A model generated the notes under the pieces. The model ran no database searches and was not told where the DNA came from. It worked only from the letters and a program-made list of their open reading frames with translations. Positions 9,694-19,992 of a stretch of 64,000 bases of DNA are shown here, in pieces. Position numbers and translations under genes: made by a program. Each line of letters begins with the position of its first letter. Position 1 is the stretch's first letter. Location of the stretch: the NCBI GenBank assembly GCA_963756875.1, contig CAVWPA010000003.1:254005-318004 (forward strand). The letters run 5' to 3'. The DNA is from an uncultured Verrucomicrobiae bacterium (GTDB lineage Bacteria; Verrucomicrobiota; Verrucomicrobiia; Chthoniobacterales; UBA10450).

Positions 9694-9900
9694 CATGTCC
9701 GCCACGAGCTTTCGGATGAACGTCATCGCCAAGTTATTTCCGCCTCGCCGTTTCTCTATGACTTTGCTGAATGTGTAGGTCTTACCCGTCCCTGCACCGG
9801 CGACGATTAGCTTCTTCCTTGCGCTGGACTCGAGGATGCTGCGCAAACATTTCTCCCGTTGCTCGCGCTGGCTTTCTTGATTTCCTCTCGAGTCACAATG
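9694..9900 (-). pseudogene. UvrD/Rep-like helicase remnant (first ~50-65 codons only)
   Basis: ..QREQREKCLRSILESSARKKLIVAGAGTGKTYTF..NNLAMTFIRKLVADM corresponds to Q-motif, Walker A (motif I) and motif Ia. Similarity ends after that, and there is no proper start codon (the frame runs into the groEL terminator). Confidence 0.55.
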
Positions 9901-9910
9901 ACGCTGTGTA

Positions 9911-9944
9911 CAACAAAACAGCCGGAGCCTTTCGACTCCGGCTG
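9911..9944 (-). terminator. Rho-independent terminator of groEL
   Basis: Minus strand: CAGCCGGAG tcgaaagg CTCCGGCTG followed by TTTTGTTG, about 30 nt after the groEL stop. Confidence 0.8.
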
Positions 9945-9974
9945 TTTGAATTCATTTGTTGTTTCGGCTGTCGC

Positions 9975-11663
<1,689 letters not shown>

Positions 11664-11724
11664 TTATTCGAGTTGAACATTGGAAAGTTGATAGTTTTCA
11701 GTTGTTGAGAGTTGAGAGATCGGA

Positions 11725-12021
11725 CTAGCCGATGATGCCGAGGATGTCGTCCTCGCGCATGATCAGGTAGGTGTCGTTGTCGATCTTGATTTCGGTTCCG
11801 CCGTATTTCGAAATGAGAACCTTGTCTCCTTTCTTGACGGTGAAATCGACTTTCTTTCCGTTGTCGTCGACTTTACCGGTACCAAGAGCGACGACTTTGC
11901 CCTCTTGCGGTTTTTCCTTGGCGGTATCGGGGATAATGATCCCGCCCTTTTTCATTTCCTGCTCTTCAATCGGCTGCACCAGCACCCGGTCTCCGAGCGG
12001 CTTTACGTTAACGCTTGCCAT
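11725..12021 (-). CDS. groES: co-chaperonin GroES (Cpn10)
   Basis: Start moved to [17 protein letters not shown] (ATG 12021). 98 aa. The upstream part of the track ORF overlaps the dnaK 3' end and is not coding. Confidence 0.95.
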   Translation of the reverse strand: MASVNVKPLGDRVLVQPIEEQEMKKGGIIIPDTAKEKPQEGKVVALGTGKVDDNGKKVDFTVKKGDKVLISKYGGTEIKIDNDTYLIMREDDILGIIG

Positions 12022-12115
12022 AGGGTTTTGTTCTTTACTCCTTATTGGTTTTTTTGGTTTTTGGGTTGAGCCGGCGACTGTCGTTGTGGCGACACCCGCC
12101 GGCAAATTGTTTCCT

Positions 12116-14074
12116 TTATTTCTTCTTATCTTCGTCCACGACTTCGAACTCGGCGTCGACGACGTCGCCTTCGCCGCCGCGTTTACCGGCGCCCTGCTCG
12201 CCACCGCCGCGCGGTTGCGCTTCGGGGCCGGGGCCGGGTTGCGGGCCAGGACCAGCTTGCGCTGACGCCTGTTTGTACAGCTCGGCGCTGATTTCCTGGA
12301 ACTTGTTCTGCAGCTCCTCGTAGGTCCGCTTCATCGCGTCGGTGTCGTTCTTGTTGATCGCTTCACGCACCGCGGCGATGGCGTCCTCGACCTGCTTCTT
12401 CTTGTCGCCGGGGATCTTGTCGCCCAACTCCTTCAATTGCTTCTCGCTCTGATACGCAAGCATGTCGGCGTTATTCTTGATCTCGATCGATTCTTTCGCC
12501 TTTTTGTCCTCTTCGGCATGCGATTCGGCTTCCCGCTGCATTTTGTCGATTTCGTCCTTCGAAAGCCCGGAGCTGCCGGTAATGGAAATCTTTTGTTCCT
12601 TGCCGGTGCCGAGATCTTTCGCCGAGACATGCAGAATGCCGTTCGCGTCGATGTCGAAGGTCACTTCGATCTGCGGAACGCCGCGCGGGGCCGGCGGGAT
12701 TCCATCGAGATGGAACGTGCCCAGATTCTTGTTGTCGCGCGACAGCGGCCGTTCGCCCTGTAACACCTTGATCTCCACGCCCGGTTGATTGTCGCTGTAA
12801 GTCGAAAAGATTTGCGACTTCCGGGTCGGAATGGTGGTGTTCCGCGGAATCATCGGCGTGGCTACTCCCCCGGCGGTCTCGATCGCCAGCGTGAGCGGAG
12901 TCACGTCTAAGAGGAGAACGTCTTTGACTTCTCCTTTGAGCACGCCGCCCTGGATCGCCGCGCCTACCGCGACGACTTCGTCCGGGTTGACGCCCTTATG
13001 CGGTTCTTTGCCGATTAAACTGCGCGCCGTATCGATGACCTTCGGCATGCGCGTCATGCCGCCGACGAGCACCAGTTCGTTGACGTCGCGCTCCGGAAGC
13101 TTCGCGTCCGCCAGACAATCCTTGACCGGTTTGATGGTGCGCTGGAAAAGATCGTCGCACAGTTGCTCGAGCTTCGAGCGGGTTAGTTTCTTCTGAATGT
13201 GCTTCGGCCCGCTCGCGTCCGCCGTGATAAACGGCAGATTAATTTCGTATTCCTGCGTGGACGAGAGCGCGATCTTGGCTTTCTCCGCTTCTTCCTTGAT
13301 GCGTTGGATCGCATCCGGTTGCTTGGTCAGATCGATCCCGCTCTCCTTTTTAAATTCGCTCACGATCCAATCCATGATTCGCGCGTCCCAGTCGTCACCG
13401 CCAAGGTGCGTATCGCCGTTGGTCGCCTTCACTTCGAAAACGCCATCGCCGATTTCCAGAACGGAAATGTCGAACGTGCCACCGCCCAAATCGTAAACGG
13501 CGATCTCTTCGTCTTTTTTCTTGTCGAGACCGTAGGCGAGCGACGCCGCGGTTGGTTCGTTAATGATGCGCAGCACTTCCAGACCGGCGATTTTGCCCGC
13601 GTCCTTCGTCGCGTTGCGCTGTGAATCGTTGAAATACGCCGGCACGGTGATCACGGCCTGCGTGATTTTTTCCCCGAGCTTCGCTTCCGCGTCGGCCTTC
13701 AGCTTCGATAAAATCATTGCCGAAATTTCCGGCGGCGAAAAGGTCTTTAGCTGCCCGTTCACTTCCACCTGCACGTGCGCGTCGCCATTGGCCGCTTTCA
13801 CGATTTTGTACGGGACGCGATGCTCTTCTTCGTGGACTTCATCGAATTTGCGGCCCATGAAACGTTTGATCGAGAAAACCGTATTCTGCGAATTGGTCAC
13901 GGCCTGGCGTTTTGCCGCCTGACCTACCAACCGCTCGCCACTTTTTGTAAATGCAACCACAGAAGGCGTTGTGCGCGCGCCTTCGCTATTTTCCAATACC
14001 GCCGGGTCGCCACCTTCCATGACCGCCATGCACGAGTTGGTAGTGCCCAGGTCAATTCCTAAAACTTTAGCCAT
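12116..14074 (-). CDS. dnaK: molecular chaperone DnaK (Hsp70)
   Basis: 652 aa. [22 protein letters not shown], Gly/Pro-rich tail ending [11 protein letters not shown]. Confidence 0.97.
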   Translation of the reverse strand: MAKVLGIDLGTTNSCMAVMEGGDPAVLENSEGARTTPSVVAFTKSGERLVGQAAKRQAVTNSQNTVFSIKRFMGRKFDEVHEEEHRVPYKIVKAANGDAHVQVEVNGQLKTFSPPEISAMILSKLKADAEAKLGEKITQAVITVPAYFNDSQRNATKDAGKIAGLEVLRIINEPTAASLAYGLDKKKDEEIAVYDLGGGTFDISVLEIGDGVFEVKATNGDTHLGGDDWDARIMDWIVSEFKKESGIDLTKQPDAIQRIKEEAEKAKIALSSTQEYEINLPFITADASGPKHIQKKLTRSKLEQLCDDLFQRTIKPVKDCLADAKLPERDVNELVLVGGMTRMPKVIDTARSLIGKEPHKGVNPDEVVAVGAAIQGGVLKGEVKDVLLLDVTPLTLAIETAGGVATPMIPRNTTIPTRKSQIFSTYSDNQPGVEIKVLQGERPLSRDNKNLGTFHLDGIPPAPRGVPQIEVTFDIDANGILHVSAKDLGTGKEQKISITGSSGLSKDEIDKMQREAESHAEEDKKAKESIEIKNNADMLAYQSEKQLKELGDKIPGDKKKQVEDAIAAVREAINKNDTDAMKRTYEELQNKFQEISAELYKQASAQAGPGPQPGPGPEAQPRGGGEQGAGKRGGEGDVVDAEFEVVDEDKKK

Positions 14075-14327
14075 ATATAAAGAGATCCTTTCTTGGGTTC
14101 GAGTCCGGCCGGTGGGGGAACAGGTGCGCCGCGCCGAGACTTCAACCTATGCGCTCTTTAGCATGGCCCAAGCCACGGGCGCGCGAACAATCATAAGTGC
14201 TTTACAATCAGGATATAACGTAAATCATAGATCTATTGGAGCTCCTGGGAATCGGGACAATCAGGCGCACTTTTAGGCTCCTTAGCAAGGGGCTCTGAGC
14301 CACAGCGGCACACTGGGAGCGCGCCCG

Positions 14328-14470
14328 AAGCTCCAAGCACCAAACGCCAAGCACCAGGGAAGCTCCAAACCTCAAAGCCAAAGCACCAAAACGGAAGCGA
14401 TGCCTCTATGACCATTGGAGTTTGGGATTTGAAGATTCCCTGGAGGTTGGTGATTGGTGCTTGGGATTTC
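14328..14470. repeat. long imperfect palindrome of CCAA/TTGG-periodic arms (element A)
   Basis: Left arm: gaagctCCAAgcaCCAAacgCCAAgcaccagggaagctCCAAacc... Right arm: ...cattggagtttgggatttgaagattccctggaggttggtgattggtgcttgggatttc. The arms are about 70% complementary. Confidence 0.6.
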
Positions 14471-14881
14471 CGGCGATGGCCAGCGGCACGACGACTGCTA
14501 ATTTTAGTTTCGTGCAAAACCAGAGCGCAGTACCGATCACGCCCCGAAAAAAAGTCGGCGGCTGATCCCGATATTTTCTTTCATTGCGAACATTGCAAAG
14601 CGTCACTGGTCGTGAATCGATCGGCTGCGGGCATGAGCTTGAGCTGTCAAAGTTGCGGGAAGCTGACTCTTGTTCCAAAACCGAGTATGGCCTCGGCGGA
14701 TAGGACCGCCCAATTACAGGAGATCCGGCGACGTCTGTCCGAAAACGAATCGCAGCGGACCGAGGTCACCGGGTATATCAATCAGCTCAGCATCCAGGTT
14801 CATCGCTGGCAACTGCGTCTGCAAACACTGAGCGAGCGCAAGCAGCAGCTCGAAAGCGAGCTCGCCTCGCTCGGAACATAG
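14408..14881 (+). CDS. small zinc-ribbon plus coiled-coil protein (hypothetical)
   Basis: 157-aa ORF. CEHC..x17..CQSCG zinc-ribbon pattern followed by heptad-like [36 protein letters not shown]. The only ATG lies in the loop of palindrome A, so the start is uncertain. Confidence 0.4.
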   Translation: MTIGVWDLKIPWRLVIGAWDFRRWPAARRLLILVSCKTRAQYRSRPEKKSAADPDIFFHCEHCKASLVVNRSAAGMSLSCQSCGKLTLVPKPSMASADRTAQLQEIRRRLSENESQRTEVTGYINQLSIQVHRWQLRLQTLSERKQQLESELASLGT

Positions 14882-14903
14882 CGCGATTCGACGTTTCCTT
14901 TCC

Positions 14904-14933
14904 TGTAGCGGCCCCAAAAGCGTTCGGGGTCGC
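14904..14933 (+). repeat. GTAG-headed REP-like hairpin (R4)
   Basis: TGTAG CGGCCCC aaaagcgttc GGGGTCGC, directly after the stop of the 14408..14881 ORF. Confidence 0.4.
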
Positions 14934-15024
14934 ATTAACGGGACCACACCCGCCACGCGGGCAAGCTACGGTCGTCCCTCCAATTTTTGTTTTCGCGAAT
15001 GCCACTTCGCGATACTTTTTCGCC

Positions 15025-15858
15025 GTGCGACGGTATCACGATTTGCTCCGCCTCGTCCTGGAACAAGGCCAGCCGCGCGCCGATCGCACCGGTACCGGCA
15101 CACTATCGATCTTCGGCGCGCAGGCCCGCTTCGATTTACGGCCCGATGGCCCCGGATTTCCGCTGCTGACGACCAAGAAGTTGCACACGAAGTCGATCAT
15201 CTACGAGTTGCTTTGGTTTTTGCGGGGCGACACGAACATTCGTTACCTTAACGAGCACGGCGTCACCATTTGGGACGAATGGGCCGATGAAAACGGCGAC
15301 CTCGGCCGCGTGTACGGGGCGCAATGGCGCGACTGGCACGGCCAAAACGGCGTGCGTGTCGATCAGATCGACAATGTCATCGCGCAAATCAAAAATAATC
15401 CGTCGAGCCGGCGTTTGATCGTGAGCGCCTGGAACCCGGCGGAGATCGATAAGATGGCGCTGCCGCCCTGTCACGTGCTGTTTCAGTTTTATGTTTCCGC
15501 CGCGGCGGATTCGTCCGATGGCGAACAGAGAGGCGAGTTAAGCTGCCAGCTTTACCAGCGGAGCGCCGACTTGTTTCTCGGTGTGCCGTTCAATGTCGCG
15601 TCGTATGCACTTCTCACGATGATGGTCGCCCAGGTGTGCGATCTGCGCGCCGGCGATTTCGTTCACACTTTTGGCGACCTGCACCTCTATCAGAACCATC
15701 TCGAACAGGCGCGCGAACAGCTCAGCCGCGATTGCCGTCCTTTGCCGCGCATGAAATTAAATCCGGCGATCAAGAACATCCGCGATTTTAAGTTCGAAGA
15801 CTTTGAGTTGGTCGGGTACGATCCGCACCCGTCGATCAAGGCGCCGATCGCGGTGTAA
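15025..15858 (+). CDS. thyA: thymidylate synthase ThyA
   Basis: 277 aa with a GTG start. [21 protein letters not shown], active-site LPPCH, and a short insert [13 protein letters not shown]. Confidence 0.95.
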   Translation: MRRYHDLLRLVLEQGQPRADRTGTGTLSIFGAQARFDLRPDGPGFPLLTTKKLHTKSIIYELLWFLRGDTNIRYLNEHGVTIWDEWADENGDLGRVYGAQWRDWHGQNGVRVDQIDNVIAQIKNNPSSRRLIVSAWNPAEIDKMALPPCHVLFQFYVSAAADSSDGEQRGELSCQLYQRSADLFLGVPFNVASYALLTMMVAQVCDLRAGDFVHTFGDLHLYQNHLEQAREQLSRDCRPLPRMKLNPAIKNIRDFKFEDFELVGYDPHPSIKAPIAV

Positions 15859-15873
15859 CGCCGCAAGGCGGCG

Positions 15874-15960
15874 AAACCTCCAAATCCCAAGCTCCAAACC
15901 CCAGAGAAATTCCAATCATCAATATCCAAACCCGATTTGGAGCTTGGGGCTTGGCGATTT
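15874..15960. repeat. CCAA/TTGG-periodic imperfect palindrome (element B), placed like a bidirectional terminator
   Basis: aaacctCCAAatcCCAAgctCCAAacc ..33-nt loop.. gatTTGGagcTTGGggcTTGGcgattt, between the convergent stops of thyA (15858) and the 16011 gene. Confidence 0.6.
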
Positions 15961-16010
15961 AAGAAGACGCGCTCAACCCCGGATTCCACGCAAAAAGCGT
16001 CTGATGGCGG

Positions 16011-17234
16011 TTATCGCGACGAAGATATCGATTCTTCTTTCGGCTTTTCCGCTTTCCAGATCGGACCGCTCTTGGCAACCACCGGCGCTTCGCTTCCGGA
16101 ATGGGCGACCGTGCTGGGAGCGAGCTTGAATATCGGCAGGATCGGATTCCCGTTGGCGTCCTTCTCGTACTCGACGCCCTCTTTTTGGATGAGCAGCCAC
16201 GCTTTGAAATCGCCGCCCGGCCACTCACCAATCAGCACCTCCATCGGATAACTCTGTCCGCCGGTGACCTGGAATGTTTCGCCCACACCGAGCCCTTTGT
16301 ACCAGCCCATCTTGGGATCCAGATGCAAGCCCGCGGTCGCGTAAAACTTCTGGGGCCCGTGCCCGCTCGGATTGGTCGATCCACAATCGAGCACCACCTT
16401 TCCGTTAAATCGCACAACCAAAACGTCGTCCGCCATGCCAACGAAACGAAAAGTTCCGATCTCCGTCGGAATCACATTCCCTTTGTAATGAACCACCCAC
16501 ATTTTGGGCTGAACACGGCCGCCCAGCCCGAACTCCAGCGGGCCCTGGTTCGCATTCATTTTCGGAATAAAGATCTGGGTGGTGAAAAGCGGGTTCGGTC
16601 CGACGAAATATTTTGAAAAGGTGGATTCGTTCCAGCCGTTAACGAACTTTGCCAGCTCGGCGGGATAGCCCTTGTCCTGATCGAGCTTCGACGGCGTCCC
16701 GTTCTTGAGTTGCTTCAAGTCGTAGAATTTCCCGACAAGCGCACCTCCGCCTTTGGATTCGCGAAATCCAAAAAACGGAACGGCCGCGCCGCCAGCGCCG
16801 GCGCCGCCACTCACTTCCATCCCGCCGGGATTGAAACTGACATTTACCCCGCCAGCACCGGCCATTTTCGTGGGCAACGCGTCCAGTTTGGGCATGGCAG
16901 GCATCTCCGGCAGCGCTACTTTGGCCAAACCGGTCGTCGTAATGCGCTTGACCGCTGCCGGCGCGCTCATCGTGCTTTGCTTTTTCGCCAGTTGCACTTT
17001 GTGTTCGAGCGCGCGCGTGGACGGATTGGGCGACGGCGGCCCGCCCTTAAACGTCAGTTTGCGGTTCGCCTGGTAATGCTGCACCACCCAAAAAGCCGCA
17101 CCCAGACCGAAAAGCAGGTGCACTGCGATGCTGATCATTAAGAATTTTCCGCTCGTGCGCTCCCATTGCCACCACTGCGCCAGGCGCGTTTTTCGTCGCG
17201 GCGTTCCCTCCACCGGCTCGACGAGGGTGCTCAT
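16011..17234 (-). CDS. TonB-position membrane protein with PA14-like C-terminal domain
   Basis: 407 aa. The start overlaps the exbD stop (ATGA). One TM helix (ISIAVHLLFGLGAAFWVV) and a Pro/Ala/Gly-rich linker. The C-terminal WVVHYKGNVIPTEIGTFRFVGMADDVLVVRFNGKVVLD..GGQSYPMEVLIGEWPGGDF resembles PA14. No TonB C-terminal domain seen. Confidence 0.55.
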   Translation of the reverse strand: MSTLVEPVEGTPRRKTRLAQWWQWERTSGKFLMISIAVHLLFGLGAAFWVVQHYQANRKLTFKGGPPSPNPSTRALEHKVQLAKKQSTMSAPAAVKRITTTGLAKVALPEMPAMPKLDALPTKMAGAGGVNVSFNPGGMEVSGGAGAGGAAVPFFGFRESKGGGALVGKFYDLKQLKNGTPSKLDQDKGYPAELAKFVNGWNESTFSKYFVGPNPLFTTQIFIPKMNANQGPLEFGLGGRVQPKMWVVHYKGNVIPTEIGTFRFVGMADDVLVVRFNGKVVLDCGSTNPSGHGPQKFYATAGLHLDPKMGWYKGLGVGETFQVTGGQSYPMEVLIGEWPGGDFKAWLLIQKEGVEYEKDANGNPILPIFKLAPSTVAHSGSEAPVVAKSGPIWKAEKPKEESISSSR

Positions 17235-17674
17235 TCTTCTTCGTTCACGGTGAACGTGACGTTGTCGATCTTGGCGACGGCCAAAGCGTCAAGCACATCG
17301 ATTGTTCGACTGTACTTTGCCTGCTCGTCACTGATAATCGTGACCACTGTGGGAGTCTTCGCCTCGTCGGCATTCTGCTTCAACCGCATCAACGTCGCTT
17401 TCAGCTGCGGCAAATCCTTGCTCTGCGGCGAATCGAACGGCTCATCGTTCAGCGAAACTTCGCCCGCATCGGAAATGGTGATGATTTGTTCGTCGACAAA
17501 ATCGACCGATGTGGAAGTCGCCGCCGTCCCGGGTAACTGGGTATTCAATTCGTTCTCCACCTTCACCGCACCGGCCATAACCATGAAAAACAGCATGATG
17601 ACAAAGACGACGTCGATCATCGGCGCGATTTGAAAACCGAATGAGCCTTCGTTTTGATTCAGTTCGAGTCGCAT
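17231..17674 (-). CDS. exbD: biopolymer transport protein ExbD/TolR
   Basis: 147 aa with an N-terminal FQIAPMIDVVFVIMLFFMV signature. Confidence 0.9.
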   Translation of the reverse strand: MRLELNQNEGSFGFQIAPMIDVVFVIMLFFMVMAGAVKVENELNTQLPGTAATSTSVDFVDEQIITISDAGEVSLNDEPFDSPQSKDLPQLKATLMRLKQNADEAKTPTVVTIISDEQAKYSRTIDVLDALAVAKIDNVTFTVNEEE

Positions 17675-17740
17675 GACTTAAGAAGTCCCAAAGTGCGAGG
17701 CGCGTGCGCTCCCCGGATCAATCAAGTCGCGTCGCATTTT

Positions 17741-18196
17741 TTACTCCTTGTTTACCGCCGAAAACGAGATGTCGGTGATGCCTGCCTCGGCGCACGCGTT
17801 CATCGCTTGTGACACGTAAATTGCAGGCACATCGCGATCGCCGCGAATGACAGCCCGAAAAGTCGGGTTCGCGGTCCCGGTGACTTTTTTCTCGCCAGTG
17901 ATCTTTGCTGTCTTTAGAGCATCAACCATCGCGCTGGCTTGCGAATAAATGCGGTCGTCGAAAACGAACTGCGCTTTCTTATCCTTCCAGCGCACATTCA
18001 ACACGGCTTCCGCGCGCGTATTGTCCTTCTTCTGCGCGTCCTTGGCCACCGGCAGATGGATCGTCTTGTCCACTTTCAGAACCTGGGCGGATGTGATCGT
18101 CATGAAAAAGACCAGAATGGTCAGGAGTACATCGATCATCGGCGCGACCTGAAACTCAGGCTCGCCCCTTTCTGCTCCACCTGCTCCTGCCGCCAT
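17741..18196 (-). CDS. exbD: biopolymer transport protein ExbD/TolR (second paralogue)
   Basis: 151 aa with the FQVAPMIDVLLTILVFFM signature. Confidence 0.9.
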   Translation of the reverse strand: MAAGAGGAERGEPEFQVAPMIDVLLTILVFFMTITSAQVLKVDKTIHLPVAKDAQKKDNTRAEAVLNVRWKDKKAQFVFDDRIYSQASAMVDALKTAKITGEKKVTGTANPTFRAVIRGDRDVPAIYVSQAMNACAEAGITDISFSAVNKE

Positions 18197-18203
18197 ATGC
18201 CGC

Positions 18204-19046
18204 TTACTTGGGCTGCTCGTTCGCCGTTACAATCTTGCCGGTCTGGCCTGAGCCATGTGGTTGGACAAGCCAGTTGGGAATCGCCGCGTAAAGCTCCTCG
18301 TCGCCGAGGTGAACACCGGCGAGCGATTCATATGGCATTTTGCGGAACAAGCTGTTGATCACATCCTGGATGTAATGGATCGACGCGCCGGCCCGATTGC
18401 GCAGAAAATAAAACGCGCCGAACGCCGGGATGGCGATGAAAAGGCCGCTTGCCGTGGCCACCAGCACTTCACCAATGGCCGCCGAGAGCCCGGACGGGTC
18501 GCCGATGCCGGAGGCGCCCAACTTGGCAAAGGCCTTGATCATTCCGGTGACCGTGCCGAGCAGACCGAGCATCGGCGCGCAAACGCCAATCACCGACAGA
18601 TAGCTGATGTAGGTCTGCATCTTGGAATTTTCTTTCGCAAGCTCGCCGATCATCCCTTCCTCGGCGACCTGTTGGCCATCGCCTAACAGGCCGATTCCGA
18701 CGCGCAAAACATTCGTCAGCGCGGAAGGATGTTCCTTGCAATAATTGTAGGCGCCCACGTAATCGCCCTGCCGAAACAAGGTTTTCACGTTTTGCTCCTG
18801 ATCGATCGGGGCAATGCGCGCCCGGCCCGTGCGAATGATTCCGTCGCCGATCAGATAAAGCGTTGCAACGGAAGTGAGACCGATTGGGATCATCACCCAA
18901 CCGCCTTCCTGGATCTGTTGCCATAGCGTTTTCTTGCGCAGCGCCTCGCCGCCCGCCGGCGACGCAGACTGTGCGAAGGCAGCCGATGCGAACATCGACA
19001 GCAGCAAGATCGACAGACCTGCCAGATTAATGATTTTTCTTTTCAT
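18204..19046 (-). CDS. exbB: MotA/TolQ/ExbB proton-channel protein with signal peptide and N-terminal extension
   Basis: 280 aa. Signal MKRKIINLAGLSILLLSMFASAAFA. Core motif APMLGLLGTVTGMIKAF..IGEVLVATASGL. Confidence 0.9.
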   Translation of the reverse strand: MKRKIINLAGLSILLLSMFASAAFAQSASPAGGEALRKKTLWQQIQEGGWVMIPIGLTSVATLYLIGDGIIRTGRARIAPIDQEQNVKTLFRQGDYVGAYNYCKEHPSALTNVLRVGIGLLGDGQQVAEEGMIGELAKENSKMQTYISYLSVIGVCAPMLGLLGTVTGMIKAFAKLGASGIGDPSGLSAAIGEVLVATASGLFIAIPAFGAFYFLRNRAGASIHYIQDVINSLFRKMPYESLAGVHLGDEELYAAIPNWLVQPHGSGQTGKIVTANEQPK

Positions 19047-19074
19047 AGTTTGTTCGGAAAGTTCCAGACTGCTG

Positions 19075-19992
19075 TCACTTCTCCAGCTTTCGGATTTCGG
19101 TTTGCGCGACCGCCGCCTCCGCAGATTTCGGAAACGTTGCGATCAATTCATTCAACGATTTCTTGGCGCGTCCCTCGTCGTCGAGCTGTCCATAAGTCCG
19201 CCCGCTACCCAGGAGCGCCGCCGGCATGAACCGCTTCTCGTCCGAATAGAAGACCGGCACATGCAAATAGGCAAGCAATGCCTCATCCCAGCGCCTCTGC
19301 GCATATAGCAAATCGCCCTTTTTTATCCACGCTTCGGCCAGGATTTCCGGGTGCCTGCTATCTTTAATTGCATCGTCGCAAATTTTAGCAGCCTTTTCAA
19401 AATCCTGTTTGCGTATCAGGTCGGTGGTTAGCTGCAACTGCGCGGCATGCGCGGTCTCAGGGTCGGTCACAAATTTCTGGATCTCGGCCGTAAGCGCTTC
19501 CGCTTCAGCATCACGGTGAAGGGCGGAGAGTGCCGACACCTTGATCAACGCCGCCTGGGACCACCATGCGCCGGGGACATCCTTGAACGGTTCGTAGTAC
19601 ACAATGACCTGTTCTATCTCCCCGAGCGCCTTCTGCGGATTGCCTTGCGACAAGAGATTGGAAGCCTCTTCCAAGCCACGCGGTTTCGGAAATTCAATCC
19701 TGGCAATCTGGCGAATATGATATCCGACTTCCCCGTTGCCCGAGCCGACCTGGACTTTGCCCATGATCATGTCGCCCTGGCGTCGAACTCCCAGTGTTTC
19801 AACTTTTTGACCCGTGGCCAGGTCGATTGTCTGCGCTTGCGCTGAAGCGTCGATTACGATTACGGGCAGGAGCAGGATTACGAAGGAGAAAACGCTCAAC
19901 GTCCAACGCTCAACACCCAACATCGAACTCGGACAATTCGACATTCGGCGTTCGGCATTCGGCGTTCGGCGTTTTCCGCTTTCGTTTCTCAT
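19075..19992 (-). CDS. TPR-repeat periplasmic protein
   Basis: 305-aa ORF. Good signal peptide from MLGVERWTLSVFSFVILLLPVIVIDASAQA (ATG 19923). The ATG at 19992 would overlap the upstream stop by 4 nt, but the extra codons are palindrome C. TPR-like helices follow. Confidence 0.7.
   Translation of the reverse strand: MRNESGKRRTPNAERRMSNCPSSMLGVERWTLSVFSFVILLLPVIVIDASAQAQTIDLATGQKVETLGVRRQGDMIMGKVQVGSGNGEVGYHIRQIARIEFPKPRGLEEASNLLSQGNPQKALGEIEQVIVYYEPFKDVPGAWWSQAALIKVSALSALHRDAEAEALTAEIQKFVTDPETAHAAQLQLTTDLIRKQDFEKAAKICDDAIKDSRHPEILAEAWIKKGDLLYAQRRWDEALLAYLHVPVFYSDEKRFMPAALLGSGRTYGQLDDEGRAKKSLNELIATFPKSAEAAVAQTEIRKLEK
19885..19979. repeat. YCAAC/GTTSG-periodic imperfect palindrome (element C)
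   Basis: ggagaaaacgCTCAACgtCCAACgCTCAACacCCAACatcgaa ..10 nt.. ttcgacattcggcgttcggcattcggcgttcggcgttttccgc. About 75% complementary, with periodic mismatches. Confidence 0.6.

Noticed and set aside
14090-14112. GGGTTCGAGTCCGG, resembling a tRNA T-arm
   Set aside because: No complementary T-stem, acceptor stem or anticodon arm can be drawn. It lies in the dnaK 5' leader.
14328-14470. Possible CRISPR-like periodicity in the CCAA tracts
   Set aside because: The period is only 6-8 nt, there is no repeat-spacer organisation, and no cas genes are present. It is an imperfect palindrome, not an array.
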